Positions 1 through 13,869 of a DNA stretch of 64,000 bases are shown here, one piece after another (within the stretch, counting starts at the first letter, position 1; each line of letters begins with the position of its first letter). The notes below the pieces were generated by a model. That model had not been told where the DNA came from, searched no databases, and saw only the letters and a list, made by a program, of their open reading frames with translations. The stretch is from Octopus vulgaris (Eukaryota): positions 10,726,001-10,790,000 of the forward strand of contig OX597828.1 of NCBI GenBank assembly GCA_951406725.2, given 5' to 3'. Made by a program: the position numbers and the translations under genes.

Positions 1-27
1 ATATATATATATATATACATACATACT

Positions 28-65
<38 letters not shown>

Positions 66-68
66 CAT

Positions 69-161
<93 letters not shown>

Positions 162-180
162 TAGATAGATAGATAGATAA
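1..180. repeat. Compound (TA)n/(TACA)n/(TAGA)n microsatellite
   Basis: Directly visible di- and tetranucleotide runs. Confidence 0.95.
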
Positions 181-399
181 ATATGCGCAAAAGTACATCC
201 AAACTGAGACAACGAAAATAACATTAATACCAATAAAAAAAAACAGACATAGTTAGTTATCAGCAAGTAATATCAATAGAGGTTGATCTCAGAGGAAACT
301 CTATGTCGTATCATGGTATACAAGAGTGAGACAGGATTTCTATTTTCATAACTCTGCATGTACTAAACGTATACACGGGGATATACACAAAAATATACT

Positions 400-417
400 T
401 ATGTATATACATATGTA

Positions 418-465
<48 letters not shown>

Positions 466-567
466 CATATATATATATATATATATAAATGTATGTATGG
501 ATGTATGTATATATGTATATATATATATATGTACATGCATATATATATATATGCACACACATACACT

Positions 568-600
<33 letters not shown>
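400..600. repeat. Compound (CTAT)n/(TA)n/(CA)n microsatellite
   Basis: Directly visible; explains the spurious IYIY/HTHT ORFs here. Confidence 0.95.
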
Positions 601-601
<1 letters not shown>

Positions 602-1047
602 CGGAGATGTACTTGCATAGCAAGTAACCTGATCCGAGATCGTGTGGTGGAACGAAAACAATTGCAGCGAGGAAGGTGTTTATAAGCCATTTAAGAAACA
701 CTAAAACCGTTAGATTCACTTCAACATTTAAATTTAATTTGTCAAAATATTTTCGTCACTTTGAGACCGAGTCCTGTTCACTGACAAGATTTCGTGCAGC
801 ACCGAAACTTGTAAGTGAACCGGTCGCGGTCTCAAAGCGACAAGGATTGAAAATTAAAAATCCTTTCGAGAATTTATCCATAATTAGTGGTTTGAGTATT
901 CTACTGCTGTTTCTAGCACAAGGCTTTCGTATTTGGAAGCCACTTATTCACAGATATTTTTATGTGAATTATATATTGTCTATTGACTATTTTTTTTTGT
1001 GCTAGGCCACTGGTAAAAATAATTTCTATAATTCTTATTACCCTAAT
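601..1047. mobile_element. Short repeat element with internal fold-back, PLE-terminus-like, sitting between (TA)n tracts
   Basis: Imperfect inverted repeat 755-794 vs 803-841; flanked on both sides by (TA)n; minus strand has a stem-GAAA-palindrome layout like the other PLE-type ends in the window. Confidence 0.4.
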
Positions 1048-1065
1048 ATTATATATATATATGTT

Positions 1066-1275
1066 CGTGTGTCTATGTTTGTCCCTCCACCATCGCTATA
1101 TAACCGGTGTTGGTGTGTTTACGTCCACGTAACTTAGCGTTTCAGCAAAAGAGACCGATAGAATAAGTACTAGGCTTGCAGAGAATAAGTCCTGGGATCG
1201 ATTTGTTAGAGTAAAGACGGTGCTACACCATGACCACAGTCAACTGACTGAAATCAGTAAAAGAATATAAGAATT
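1066..1275 (+). mobile_element. SINE family A, 3' half
   Basis: Matches the 3' half of 5749-6198 (gagaccgatagaataagtactaggctt...gactgaaa..agtaaaag). Confidence 0.8.
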
Positions 1276-2754
1276 AAAGAATATTTATGTGTGTGCATGT
1301 TTGGGTACGTGTGTGTGTGAATGTGTGTGCGTCTGTATTAAACTGATAATTTACCTCCTTTAGGTTTTTACAATTTTTAAAAATAAACGCGCTTTTGTGT
1401 GTCTGTGTGTCTGTGTGTATATATATATATATATGTATGTGTGTGTGCGTGTGCGTGCGTGTGTGTGTGTCTGTGTGAATTTAATTTCTTTGTTAGTCAT
1501 AATAATTTTTCTCCGAGGAAAAAAAAATGTTGATATTTAAGTAAGAAATCATAAGCCTCATCACTGAATTTCGGATATAAGATAATTGTAACATAGTGCA
1601 CTTTGGGAAAGTCCTGTAAAGTCGATATATATCGTGCGAGTAAGCCGTCTGCTTTACTTGCCCGATGATTCTTGCTTTTCTATATTGTTACTAAGGCATT
1701 TATTAACATAACCAAGTCTGCCAATAATTATTAGGTATAGATGTGATTTTCTCATGACAATGGAGAAGCTGCCGGTTTCGTTGCAGCTGTGGATATGTAT
1801 TCAAATCTCTTATTTCAGAGAAGATATTCTCAATTTACTGGACATCTTAACATCTCTACCTAAACATGATACTTCTTTTCGCCCCAAATTACTATATCAG
1901 GTTTGTTTTGTTTGACTTGGTGGAAATTTTAATGGAAACGTTCCTCTATGTGTGCATATATCTATGTATTTATGTATTTCTATGTGTGCGCATGGATGGC
2001 AATGGCTGCCGTTTAGAATTTCTGCACACACATATATTCATAGATTTGTGCATTTTCTTTTTTGGTTTTCAAAATAAATGTCAATATCGTTATATGCAAA
2101 AATATTTTATAACAAATGTGCATAAAATTTGGATCTATTACCAATATAAGGACATTATAAATAACCTTTATCACAAACAATAAACACTGTAAAATGTAAC
2201 ACTACAATCCTGAAACTACATTTAGCTAGTATTTTTCAGTGAAATAAATCGTTATTCAAACATCAGATTAATCCACTTACGTAATTCAGATATGATATAG
2301 ATTTTTTTTATAGTAAAATTATTTTTTCATTCAACATATTTTTATAAAATGCATGTGACGTTCCACCTCTTAACCAAATTCTTTTCAGAAGGCCGTACAC
2401 TAGATTCATTTTCGCTGTTAACATGAATGCTACGATATAATAATGTTGACATTTCATTTGAGCATTTCAGTTCAGAAAGCTTGAAAATGCGAAAACAAGA
2501 GAGAAGAAAAATAATGGAGATTTAAACTAAATAGAAAGGAAGAAATGTGCGTGTGAGTATGTGTGTGTGCGTGTGAGTATGTGTGTGTGTGTGTGTGTGT
2601 GTGTGCTATTGCTGGTGTATGTGTCGGTGTACACAGAGAAACAGACAAGTAGACGGCGACAGAAAGTGAGAGGCATATTGGTGAATAGATTTATAAAGCT
2701 AAATGTTAATGAACGAATGTATGTATATATGCTTCTCTGTCTATCCGTCTGTAA

Positions 2755-2788
<34 letters not shown>

Positions 2789-3321
2789 ATGTATGTTATA
2801 AGACTACATGTATTAATATTTGTGGGAGGTTACATAGGTACAAACCTGTACGTATATATGAGTGCGTTAGTTTCTCGCCTCTTTGGGTATGTGTCATTGT
2901 GTATCTAGATGTATAGGCGTTTATTGTATGTATTAAGATTGTGTGAGTACGATTCTTACCGTTCCTACGTTTTCACAAAAGCAAATCTAATGTTTTAGAT
3001 TATCTGCCAATTATTTAGGTTTTTTGCTGCTTTTTTGTTTGTTTTTTTGGACATTTTTTTTCAGGATCTGACAATGAAAGATTGAATAAAGAATAAAAGC
3101 TAGGAAGGTCCAATATCTCTTCAATCTAGCAATAACCAATATTGCTTTATTCTTTTCAGGCAATCTTTAATGCCCACTAATGGTGTTGATTGTGTGAATT
3201 ATGAAAACCACCTTTTACACAAGAGCCAATAATATTAATCAAAGAAATCTCTCCACACCCTACACACTATCGTTTTAGCAGCCTGTGAACTAGCAGAGAC
3301 AGAAAAGGGAAATGAAAAGAC

Positions 3322-3365
<44 letters not shown>

Positions 3366-4229
3366 AGAGATAATAAACAATCAAAGAAAATAAAAGAGTA
3401 AAAATGAAGAAAGGCAGAAAAATGTACAATAAATGTTAATGAAAGCCAATATATGAAGAAAAATTAATGAAAGAATTGATGAAATGAAATAGTAAAAATC
3501 TCTCAGAAGTAAAAGTGTTGAACAGGGGGAGATAACATGCTGATACGTAAAAGAACCGTATTCAAACGAACAGTGTATAAAACTAATGGTTAAAAGTAAT
3601 AGAGGACAAAAATAAAAAAAAGACATAAATAAAAGCATAAATGAACAAGTTCAGAGGATTGTAAAAAAATAATAAATAATGTAAAACGTTAGAAATATCT
3701 ATAATTTAAAGAAATATATAGAACCTCGATTTCTATTGAATGTAGGCATTGTTATATATAAAAAAAATATACATATAATTTCAAAGAAATGAGAATGCTA
3801 TCTCTCTCTCGTTCTCCCTCTCTTTCTCTCTTTCTCCCCCTTTCTCTCTCTTTCTCATTCTCTTTTCATACAAGCTTTTGTGTCTCTGAAATATAATTGA
3901 CTCATCTTTCTCTGCAATTATATAGGTAAGTTAGAGTGAAATATATCCCATAAATAAACAAGATTACTCGAGTACTTCGTTGAAATGAAGTACATCTGGA
4001 ACAAGCCACTCTAATCAAAACCATTTCTTTCCAACGGATACTTATATAAAGGGTGAACCTATATCATACAAGGCTACCAAATAAGCAATTCTAATGGTGA
4101 CACTCTATTACTTTTCGAGTATAACAGTTCAATTTTAAAATATTTATGATATTTCCTTCTTTTTTCTAAATGGGAATCATGTTCAACTTTAAATAGGTGA
4201 AATTCATCTCTTGAAGCTAAATAACGTAT

Positions 4230-4700
4230 CAGTGTCTCTACAGTTCAGAGAAGGGATTTCTAACATTCTTTCGTAATGAGGTATCGAATTATCTTTAGCA
4301 GGAAGAGTTGGTACCAGTAGATGACCATCGAGTCAGCAGACTTTACAGCGACCCCGGTCACCTTTATACAAGATACTGGAATGTCATTGAAAATGCCATT
4401 GACTTGGAAGTTGGATTTATAACGGTATAATGGTATTGATAGAAAGAGTAGATAATACAACGGGTATGGAAGATGATGGACTATCGAGGATGGTTGCAAT
4501 TATCAGAGAGTAAATTGCGTATACGATAGCCGGGTTAAAATAGAGAAAATAGAAATTCGAATAACGGCTCCTTGTAGAGATGAAGTACTGATGTGGAATG
4601 TGAGGAGGAAAGAAATACTGGAAAGGGTAATTGTATGTTAATTTGCTCATCATCGTTGGCAGGCAAGCTTTAACAGGTTCTGCACGATCCAGTGCGAGGA
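4230..4700 (-). pseudogene. Highly degenerate LINE reverse-transcriptase relic (CR1/Jockey-like)
   Basis: Minus strand near 4340-4410 reads LPSQW..IPV..YKGDRGRCK across frameshifts, resembling the P..WK.A.V.P..KKGD motif upstream of RT domain 1; otherwise broken. Confidence 0.3.
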
Positions 4701-5748
4701 AGAACTGGAAATTTTGATCGGAGTTAGTCTCAGTGTTAGTATCTTGTCTAGAGAGCGAGTGTAGTTGTATCGTTTATGGGAAGAGGTTAAGTGATTTTAC
4801 AGTGAATACGGTGGAACCAAGTAAATGACACAATGAGCCGTAGGATTCTTTAAAAAAGCCAATGTGGTAGATTGAAGACGTAAACAAAAATGTGGGTATG
4901 AAAAGAGTTGAGATGTCACAGAAGTTAAATAGGAAATCCAAAGCTGGGGTGTAACAATATTACAGGAGATAAAAGAAGTTATCTGAAACGTGTGAAAATA
5001 ATGGTGGCGATATATTCAACACAGATAGTTTCAATGTGTACTTTATGTACATAACAACAGCTCTGAGCCCAGTAAATCTTTTGCGCGTCATATCAATCCC
5101 ACAATCTACGCCTAACACTAATTTTCTCCAATATCGTGGTGCATCTACAAAAATTTGATTTTTCTTTTGGTGGGTAGTGAGAAAGTTTTTTTTCATTCTC
5201 TGATCAACTACTAGTTATTTCTCCATTTAGTCTGTACTCCTCATACTCAGCAATCAAATTGACTATTATTCTCAATTTATCTCTTCTCACAACTAACACC
5301 CCCTCCGACATCACTTTCCTATTCAATGTCCCTCTACATTCACTATCATCCTACAGTTACTTGAAGCGAAATTACGCGAGCTTCGTGATCTGGGGTAATA
5401 CATAACAAACGCTAACCATATCTACGCCTATTGCACACTCACATGCTATACTGTTTCTACTCCACTGTCTACCGCTTTCCGATGCCGGACATTTAGCTTC
5501 CTAGGAGATCAAGCGGATTATGGGCGATGTTGTTATGTTGATGCGAGAACAATGAAGCACTCCATCTCCTCAGCAACTTCCATGTGTTTCTCAAGCTTCG
5601 TTGCCATCATACGCACCGCAGCCAACAATGTTCCTCTACTATCATACCCTAAATTTCATTGTCTGCACATTCCTTCCTGCGAATACACCCACAAACCAAA
5701 ACAACGACCATCTCCGTTTGTTATTAACCCGCTCAAACCATCTCCATA

Positions 5749-5908
5749 GGCGCAGGAATGGCTGTGTGGTAAGTAGCTTGCTTATATCAACCACACGGCT
5801 CCGGGTTCAGTTCCACTACGTGGCACCTTGGGAACGTGTCTTCTACTATGGCCACAAATCCTTGCGAGTGGATTTGGTAGACGGAAACTGAAAGAAGCCT
5901 GTCGTATA

Positions 5909-5962
<54 letters not shown>

Positions 5963-6198
5963 CGTGTGTGTGCGTGTGTTTGTGTGTCTGTGTTGGTCCC
6001 CCCAACATCGCTAGACACCCGATGCTGGTATGTTTACGTCCCCGTTACTTAGCGGTTCGGCAAAAGAGACCTATAGAATAAGTACTAGGCTTACAAAGAA
6101 TAAGAATAAGTCCTGGGGTCGATTTGCTCGACTAAAAGGCGGTACTCCAGCATGGCCGCGGTCAAATGACTGAAACAAGTAAAAGAGAAAAGAGAGAG
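5749..6198 (+). mobile_element. SINE family A, full length (tRNA-derived head, internal (TA)n(GT)n, AAAAGAG tail)
   Basis: Box-A-like TGGCTGTGTGG and box-B-like GGGTTCAGTTCC; clear homologues at 1066, 13355, 47320 and 62587. Confidence 0.9.
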
Positions 6199-7037
6199 TA
6201 TCTCTAAGTAGTGTGACCAACACTTTTCTATTTTATAAACGGCACTCTTTTTCTACATTACTGCAACTCACCCATTACTTCTCCAAATCATCTACATACC
6301 TACATCCCCCCCCCCCAATAATTTTTTACTGTGGACGGTATGTCGATTCTCACAATACAAAATTCATTCTTGATTAATTTTCAGCCAAGACTTTCACCTT
6401 ATACGCTGGATCCGCCAAATAGCTGTAAGGTTTTATTTCCACTGAGTTTGTGTTTCAAAGGCAACGTTTCTGATATCTTCAATGACGCCTTATTAATCTC
6501 TGCTATCATCACTACGTATTCATTTGTAAAATCTCAACATCTCTCTATTTCAAGTCTATCTTTTCCCTTTTCTACTCTCTCTCCATGTAATTCAGTTATC
6601 CCACTTCTTTGGCCTCTTTTCCAGGAATCTACCTTTGAAGCTAAGCTCCAGCAAATGTTTTACGCCCATGCTGTATGAGATTAGACTATCTTTGACGCAG
6701 TTGGCTACACAGCTTGAACTAGTCACAATCTGTCACCCATTACCTGAACAACATCTAAATTAAACATATATCTTTAAATTCTACATCTCCCCTCAGATTC
6801 TGGCTGTTCCAACTCAGTATTGCTCAAAATTTGCATTTTCTTTTCCCAATCTGACCTAGATCCAAATTTTCCTTTATACATGTCCGTAACAGATGCGGCC
6901 TTTCCATCAATGCTCGCCCAAGACAACCTGGAGAGTTACCAGTTCCTGCTGTTGCCTTAATGCACTATTTGACAATTCTACTCATACACATTTGCATACT
7001 GTTCTTTCAGAACACGCTTACGAACATATACCTTCTT

Positions 7038-7342
7038 GTTGTTTGTTCCTTCTCGAGCCATGCCTGTCTCATAAGGGCCGGTTTCTCGGTTTCTTGGCGT
7101 ATAGGTTTCCCAGCTGGATGGGACGCCGGTCCGTCGCAGGTGAGCTGCAAGATGCAGGAGGAAAGAGTGAGAGAAAGTTGTGGCGAAAGAATCAGCAGAA
7201 GTTCGCCATTACCTTCTGCCGGAGCTGCGTGGAGCTGAGGTATTTTCGCTCATAAACACACGCATCGCCGGGTCTGAGATTCGAAACCGTGATCCCTCGA
7301 CCGCGAGTCCGCTGCTCTAACCACTACACCATGCACCTCCAC
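7038..7342 (-). mobile_element. SINE family B, full length, tRNA-derived
   Basis: Reverse complement of 10335-10629; direct repeat ACATATACCTTCTT at 7024-7037 and 7341-7354 (target-site duplication); (CAA)-type tail. Confidence 0.9.
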
Positions 7343-8481
7343 ATATACCTTCTTAGGAAGCATTGAAACAAGCGAGAATCTACACGGCCTCCATACATTT
7401 CATAATGAATAGTTCTATCTATAAACATCAAGAGCATCAGGAATGACCAAACAAGCATCAGTAATTGCAGCAGTGATTTCAAGTGACCAGCATTAATGTT
7501 TCGATGGTTTTATGCGGTCATTCTGGTATCTGCAGACGACCTAACTATTGAAAGAATGTTTGATAATATTTCCAAAAAACCTTAGACGATGGCTTCGTTT
7601 GAACTTGGCTGGTCCAGATCTAAAAAGGAAAAGTACAACAAAATATTTAGCAATAATATAAATTTCAATGGACATATCAAACTAGAGTTTTTTGCACCAT
7701 AGATATATACCACCATGACTGATCACAACAAGAACAACAAGAATGCCAGCAATAACATACGTGTGACCATTTAAGTTAGTGTGTAACGTTTCGTTTTATT
7801 CCGTATAACTTGTTTTATGGGACTTGTCTGAAACTTGTGACCGGCATAGAGGAAGCAGCTGCTACGGGAGGACTACATTAGAAAAGCGAATTGGTAAAGG
7901 AGACTTGCACTTATTTTAGGCACTTTTATGAGAAAATGGCCAATTCATGTTGTTTATGTTCTCTTTGAATTTCAGCATTCATGTACTAAAATACAAATAC
8001 GAAACGCACTCAAACACATTGAGAAGAAGGAATAATAACAAAATATTACAAATAAAAAGGATAGCAAATACGTATATTACTCACAACTGACATATATGTA
8101 TCTCTCACTATCTATCTAGCTATCCAGCCTTCAATATACACATACATACAGGCATATATATATGTGTGTGTGTGCGTGTGTCTATGTATGTATGCATATA
8201 TGTATGTATGACATACATGTATATTTGTATGTATATGTAAGTGTATTAGTAATCCAGAACTATTGAAGCAGGCATTGTTAAAAACGGCTATTTTTGTACA
8301 TACAGAGAACTATACATGCTTACATACAAGCATTCACACATACACACATACATATAAACATGCATCCATCACCCACATATATATGTATAAACATATATGT
8401 ATATATATATATATATATGTATATCTATATATGTGTGTGTCTGTGTGTGTGTGTGTGTGCGTGTGTGCATATATACATATA

Positions 8482-9020
<539 letters not shown>

Positions 9021-9080
9021 CATGCAGCCTTTGCGCCCCATCTTCCTCTCTATTGATACATGTATTATCCATCTATCTAT

Positions 9081-9220
<140 letters not shown>

Positions 9221-10334
9221 CAGATGTATATCTACACATACATACATGCACACTCATACACATACATGCATATATATATATATATATACATATGTATATA
9301 TATATATGTATGATGTATGTATATATGTATAACTGTGTATGTCTATACACACGCACATTATATGGTTCAGCTGCCTTACATCAATGTGTAGCTAGCTGAG
9401 TCCCTCCAGAAATACAACTCTTTCAAAGAAATACCAAGCTGTGAGTAATAGCGATTGGTATGGTCACTATTAGAATACGGTAGTTGTGTTGAATTTACTT
9501 TGGCATATTTCGCTTTTTCGAATTAGCAATATACACCCTGTACACGCTTTGATTTCATTTGAAACATTTCTCTAACCTTAAATCGACACATTATTTTTGA
9601 AAGCATTCTTTCTTTCACCACGCCAATTCTACGATATCTAGCCACTACATTCATCACCCTACGTTTTTTTCTTTTTGCTTTTCACCTTTAATATTACAAT
9701 TTCGTTATCATGTCACCTATATCTTGCGACTTTCATGTATATTCTACATGTTTTCATTATTGAAACGACCCAGCAAATTTAATTCCCCGATTCCCCGATC
9801 CACTTCCTTTAACAATTCTCCTCTTTACCATCGGTTTCATTTAACCTTGGCACATATTTAGTTCTAGATATCAAACTTTACTTGAGAGTAACCGTAGAAT
9901 ACTATAATAAATATGCCAGTATGTTCCTTTTGTCTACCTTAATGTGTTTCAAAGTGTTTGAGTTGTTTGAATCGTGAAATTGATTTTCAAATTATAAGTG
10001 TCAACATTCGACAAGGTAATATTTAAAAACAAAAAAATTACAACCGACAGTTCAAGCACTATTTTCTCTTATCGTATATAATTTCGTTGAATCTAATAAT
10101 TCTTGACATTCCTAAATTTTCAATTTAGATATATATATATATATATATAATAAAGATTATTTGTACATTTTTTCTGTTTTTCATAATATACCGTTACATT
10201 TATCAATTCTTGGTTTTGATATATACCGTAAAATTAATTCCCATTATATTGCTTTTAAAATTTTTTACTATATATTTTTTAAAGAATATATTAAATCTCA
10301 TGTTTTTTTTTGTTTTTTTTTCATCTCTATTACA

Positions 10335-10629
10335 GTGGAGGCACATGGCCTAGTGGTTAGAGCAGCGGTCTTGCGGTCGAGAGATGGCGGGTTCGAATCT
10401 CAGACCCACAATGTGTGTGTTTATGAGCGAAATACCTAAGCTCCACGCGGTTCCAGCAGAAGGTAATGGCAAAACATCTGCTGACTCTTTCGCCACAACT
10501 TTCTCTAACTCTTTCCTCTTGCAGCTCACCTGCGATGGACCGGCGTCCCGTACAGGTGGGGAACCTATACGCCAAGAAACCGAGAAACCGGCCCTTATGA
10601 GCCAGGCATGGCTCGAGAAGGAACAAACA
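10335..10629 (+). mobile_element. SINE family B, full length, tRNA-derived
   Basis: Box A TGGCCTAGTGG, box B GGTTCGAATCT; CATCTCTA on both flanks (eroded TSD); homologous to 7038-7342. Confidence 0.9.
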
Positions 10630-11149
10630 TCTCTAGCACTCACATTCATAACACCTTATTGAAGTATGACCCGTTTTACAAACGTTTTCTCTTTTGCTGC
10701 CTTTAGTTATCTCAGTTAACAGCGTACCCTTCTACTTGGCTCAACATACGTATGTGCGTATGTGTGTGTAGGTATGCGTGTGTGAGTGTGTTTGTGTTTG
10801 TCCACGCGCGTGTGTACATGGGCGTGTGTAGGCGAGTGTTCACGTAGATATTTGTGTGTGTTCGCCTCTACGTTTAAGGAGGTGAATTAAAGGGTTGTAG
10901 CGGAGGCATAAGTCTGTGGAGTCAGTCTGCGTTTTGCTTATGCATTGATGGTTGGGAACCCTGTCTTTCTTTGTATAGCAGCCAGGGCTGGGGAACAGCC
11001 GATGATAAGGTGGTTTGAAGTTCACCAAGAGGGCGTACCCAGCACACACACCCGTTTAGATGCAGGGACAAAGAGAATTCTGCTTCTTTGTCTCATTTCC
11101 ACTGGAGGCTCCGTGACTTCCGGAATAAAACACCCAGTATCGAATGAAC

Positions 11150-11820
11150 CAAAACGTTCCGCTCCAGAGAGCAATATGTCGTCATTTCCCTATTCTCTTT
11201 TGTACGGTCACAACTAGAATACTACTGACTCTGTGGTCTCTCGGCAATAAACTAAACATTACGTGTGTTGAGTCACCCCAGAGAGCAATCACTAAGAAAA
11301 TATTGGGCTTAACTAATCTTGATCACTGAACTGCCGTAAAACATTGACTCGTTATTGTCTCTAGCTCTGCCGTGAGCGCTATATCGTTTGAGCAATATGG
11401 AGAAAATACAACTAGTATTAGCCAAACGAATTTGACATCAGATTAGGATCCATCTAAGGCTGAGGCCACTGTCATGCACCTTCTACATAATTTAGGCTCA
11501 GAACACACACATTCACTGCAACATAATTTCTTTTCATCAACAGGCACTGCTTTACTTATCCCAAATGAAGTCAAAGAAAAAGTTCCCATTACCTTCAAAT
11601 GTATGCTGGACAACTTTCTTCAAAAGATAAAAGATAAATCAGCTATACCTGAACACCTTACAGTCAACAATAATTCTTGGATGGGCCATGGTACCACAAA
11701 ACCTGATTTAAAGATGGCTTTACAGATCCTATCATTTGGTATTATTAAGTTATTTTTGTGTGTCCAATCTTTGACCAAAACATATTTAAGTCTGGTCCAA
11801 TCTTTGGCCGAAACATATCG
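11150..11820 (+). pseudogene. CR1-like LINE, 3' end of ORF2 plus tail (degenerate)
   Basis: Translations LWSLGNKLNITCVESPQRAITKKILGLTNLDH, RERYIV and FKCMLDNFLQKIKDK resemble the CR1-group C-terminal motifs LWSP..LE.VQR..TK.I.GL, RRERY and FK..LD.FL..IPD.P. Confidence 0.65.
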
Positions 11821-12886
11821 GAGTTATCTAAATTATCTATTAGTATGTTTGAATTTGGGGTTAATCGGAAGGAAGAATAGTACATATAGAAATAGGTATG
11901 CGTTGAAGAAGAAATTAGAAACATTAGGCCCAGGCTAATATGTAATATTCTGCCAAGTGCTGGAGATAATTCAAGGAATATGTTGAGGCCTTTTCTAACC
12001 GGGAAAAATAAACGCTTAGTACATCGATAAATGTAGATTGTACGCAACTCAGTGAATAGATAACCTAGAAACGCCATCTAGCAAAATAATAATTTTTAAG
12101 ATTAATTTTAACATATTTAATGAAGGGATCATTGAGTTAACTGGAAATAACGATGCAGTAAGGAAGGGAATATATTAGTCAGTAAACGACTAATATCATT
12201 TTTATTATATTGGTAAGTACGTGGCTTCAAACGTAATGGGATATGCAGAAAACGATTTATCCTAGATAGCTAGTGAAGACGAAGAATAATTCGAAGACAC
12301 AAAAGGTTCTTTACGTCTACCATATTGCAGGACATACTGTCACATAAGTAAACAATTCAATTTCTATATAGGCAATAAGTTTGTTATGAATGTATATATG
12401 TTCGCAAATAAGTACATTTGCCATTCCACCAGTAAGCTATTAAGTCGACAATGTGTGCTATAATTTAAATTATTACCAATCTATGTACATGTTTTTAAAG
12501 ATGCAGTGATACAGATATGAAAATAGTCAACTTAATACGCTATATGATCGAAGGATACACGAGGGAAATATTTTCAAAATTAATGTAAACAAGAAACAAA
12601 AATCTACATATATGTTGTATATCTTCGAGAATGATGTAAAGGAATTTAAAACTAATGCTTACTGGGTCGAAAATGGTTTTACTACAACCCTCTAGAGACG
12701 TAAATATCAAAACACTGTAAGTTATGCTGTGGAAGAAAATTATATCTTTAGAACATTTATTTCGAAAAATGAAGCTTCATTTCGGGCAGATAAACAAATT
12801 TAAATATACATTGAATCACATTTACCGACATATATATTATCATAAATATCACCGCTAAACATTCTCAAACACGCGCGAACACACGC

Positions 12887-12938
<52 letters not shown>

Positions 12939-13354
12939 GCATATATATATACTTATGTATATATATATATATATTTTTATATATATATATATGCATATAT
13001 ATTGCGTATATATATGTATATATATACATATATATATATAGATGTATAGGTGTAGGTATATAAATGTATAAAATGTATATATCATGCATAAATGCACACA
13101 GCATAAATGACGTTACATAAGCACATGTATGTATAGATATACACATACACTTACAATACGTATTTGCATATATATTGGTACATAAATAAATACTGACACA
13201 GCAGGGAGTTTAAGAATGTTGGTTGTAGGCACGCCATCGTATGCTCGCTCCCACTGGGCAAATGTGTTTTACACTATATTCTTATTGACTGTTTGAGCAC
13301 AAACAAGCGTGCGTAAAATTTGAAAGATGAAAAACCGAATAGAAACAATCATAA

Positions 13355-13765
13355 CATGGCTGTGTGGAAAGTAGCTTGCTTACCAACCACATGGTTCCGG
13401 GTTCAGTCCCACAGCGTGGCATCTTGGGCAAGTGTCTTCTGCTATAGCCCCGGGCCGACCAATGCCTTGTGAGTGGATTTGGTAGACGGAAACTGAAAGA
13501 AGCCTGTCGTATATATGTATATATATAGATGTGTGTGTGTATATGTTTGTGTGTCTGTGTTTGTACCCCTAACATTGCTTGACAACCGATGCTGATGTGT
13601 TTACGTCCCCGTCATTAGCGGTTCGGCAAAAGAGACCGATAGAATAAGTACTGAAACTTACAAAGAATAAGTCCCGGGGGTCGATTTTCTCGACTAAAGG
13701 TGGTGCCCCAGCATGGCCGCAGTCAAATGACTGAAACAAGTAAAAGAGTAAAAGAGTAAAAAGAG

Positions 13766-13766
<1 letters not shown>
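13355..13766 (+). mobile_element. SINE family A, near full length
   Basis: High similarity to 5749-6198 and 47320-47732; (AAAAGAGT)n tail. Confidence 0.9.
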
Positions 13767-13803
<37 letters not shown>

Positions 13804-13869
13804 TAAGTATAGATGAATGGATGGATGGATGGATGGATGGATGGATGGATGGATGGACGGACAGATGGA

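Noticed and set aside
10335-10410. Possible tRNA gene
   Set aside because: Has A and B boxes but no proper acceptor stem and continues into a repeated body and tail with TSD; it is a SINE head.
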